64,000 nt of DNA. It comes from Thermoanaerobaculia bacterium. GTDB lineage: Bacteria > Acidobacteriota > Thermoanaerobaculia > Multivoradales > JAGPDF01. The DNA lies in NCBI GenBank assembly GCA_048500095.1, contig JASNYQ010000002.1, forward strand, positions 653,532 through 717,531, written 5' to 3'. Positions 63,215 to 64,000 of this stretch are shown here, piece by piece (the stretch's first letter is position 1; each line of letters begins with the position of its first letter). Below the pieces are notes generated by a model. The model was given only the letters and a program-made list of their open reading frames with translations. It had not been told where the DNA came from and ran no database searches. The position numbers were made by a program, and so were the translations under genes.

Positions 63215-64000
63215 TGAGACCAGAAACCACTCCGTCCATCCCCTTCGTCAACTTCGCCGGGGCGCCGATCCAGCCGGCGCCCGACGCTCTCGCGGCGCTG
63301 CGCGCCGCGCTCCCGGGCCGCACGCTCGCCGCCGGCGAGCCCGGGTACGACGAGAGCCGTGGAATCTGGAACGCGATGATCGACCGCCGCCCCGCTCTCG
63401 TCGCGCGCTGCGCCGATCCCGGCGAGGTCCAGACTGCCGTCCGCTTCGCCGCCGCCCACGGTATCGCGCTCGCCGTGCGAGGGGGGGGTCACAACATCGG
63501 CGGGCGCGCGCTGGTCGAGGGGAGCCTGCTGCTCGACTTCTCCGCGCACCGCGACGTCCGGCTCGACGAGGCGACCGGCGAGGTCGTCGCCGCTCCCGGC
63601 GCGCTGCTCGGCGATCTCGACCGCGCGACCGCGCCGCGCGGCTGGGTGGTGCCGAGCGGCATCGTCTCGGAGACCGGTCTCGCCGGCCTGACTCTGGGCG
63701 GCGGCTTCGGCTGGCTCTCGCGCCGCTGGGGGCTCACCTGCGACCACCTGATCGGGGCGGAGGTCATCACCACCTCCGGCGAGCGCCTCGAGGTCGACGA
63801 GCGTCACCACCCCGACCTCTTCTGGGCGCTCCGCGGCGGCGGAGGCGGCTTCGCGATCGTCACCTCCTTCCGCTTCGCGGCCCGCCGGATGGATCCGACG
63901 GTCCTCGCGGGGCCGATCTTCCATCGCCCCGAGGCGACGGCCGCGGCGGCCGAGCGCTTCCGAGCGCAGACCCTCGAGGCCCCGGAGGAGGTAGGCAGCC
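63215..64000 (+). CDS. FAD-binding (FAD_binding_4 / PCMH-type) oxidoreductase, 3' end outside window
   Basis: FAD-binding domain blocks VRGGGHNIGG, TGLAGLTLGGGFGWL, LFWALRGGGGGFAIVTSF. RBS AAGGAGG 5 nt upstream of the ATG. Divergent from the HxlR regulator. Confidence 0.8.

Overview
This is a 64-kb chromosomal segment of about 72% GC with roughly 46 protein-coding genes and no rRNA, tRNA, CRISPR array, transposase or integrase that I could support. The gene content points to an Acidobacteria- or Gemmatimonadota-like bacterium (inference only): two secreted VWA proteins with the N-terminal 'VWFA-related Acidobacterial' domain, and a choice-of-anchor-J protein ending in an IPTL-CTERM sorting signal.

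Genes that are mostly housekeeping or transport:
- a phnD–phnC–phnE phosphonate ABC transporter;
- an OPT oligopeptide transporter, an NhaP2-type K+/H+ antiporter, and AbgT, MFS, AEC and SSS transporters;
- murF fused by a GTGA overlap to aceK, followed by an E. coli-type icd;
- a tricorn protease, hflKC, mtgA, a diacylglycerol-kinase-family lipid kinase, a giant GH13 amylase-family protein, a TonB-dependent receptor and a patatin-like lipase.

The most unusual items:
1. A lasso-peptide B2-type transglutaminase-like protein at the left edge, divergent from a VWA–TPR–VWA operon; any partner genes lie off-window.
2. A four-gene minus-strand cluster: metzincin – hom – metzincin – histidine phosphatase. 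Two paralogous secreted reprolysin-like proteases flank homoserine dehydrogenase, share a conserved 20-aa C-terminal tail, and sit behind a roughly 5-copy 28–30-bp tandem repeat in the promoter region.
3. A 550-bp structured intergenic region with perfect 22-bp and 19-bp inverted repeats upstream of a Cys-rich Fe-S protein.
4. A perfect 23-bp, comparatively AT-rich inverted repeat wedged between the divergent mtgA and DAG-kinase start codons.
5. aceK–icd adjacency without aceBA, with the AceK-target serine motif intact.
6. A hexanucleotide microsatellite encoding the (AF)n hydrophobic core of a signal peptide.

Because of the high GC content, many long overlapping and antisense ORFs in the six-frame track are artefacts and were rejected. 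Coordinates rely on the ORF track and my own reading, so expect errors of a few nucleotides, especially at start codons.
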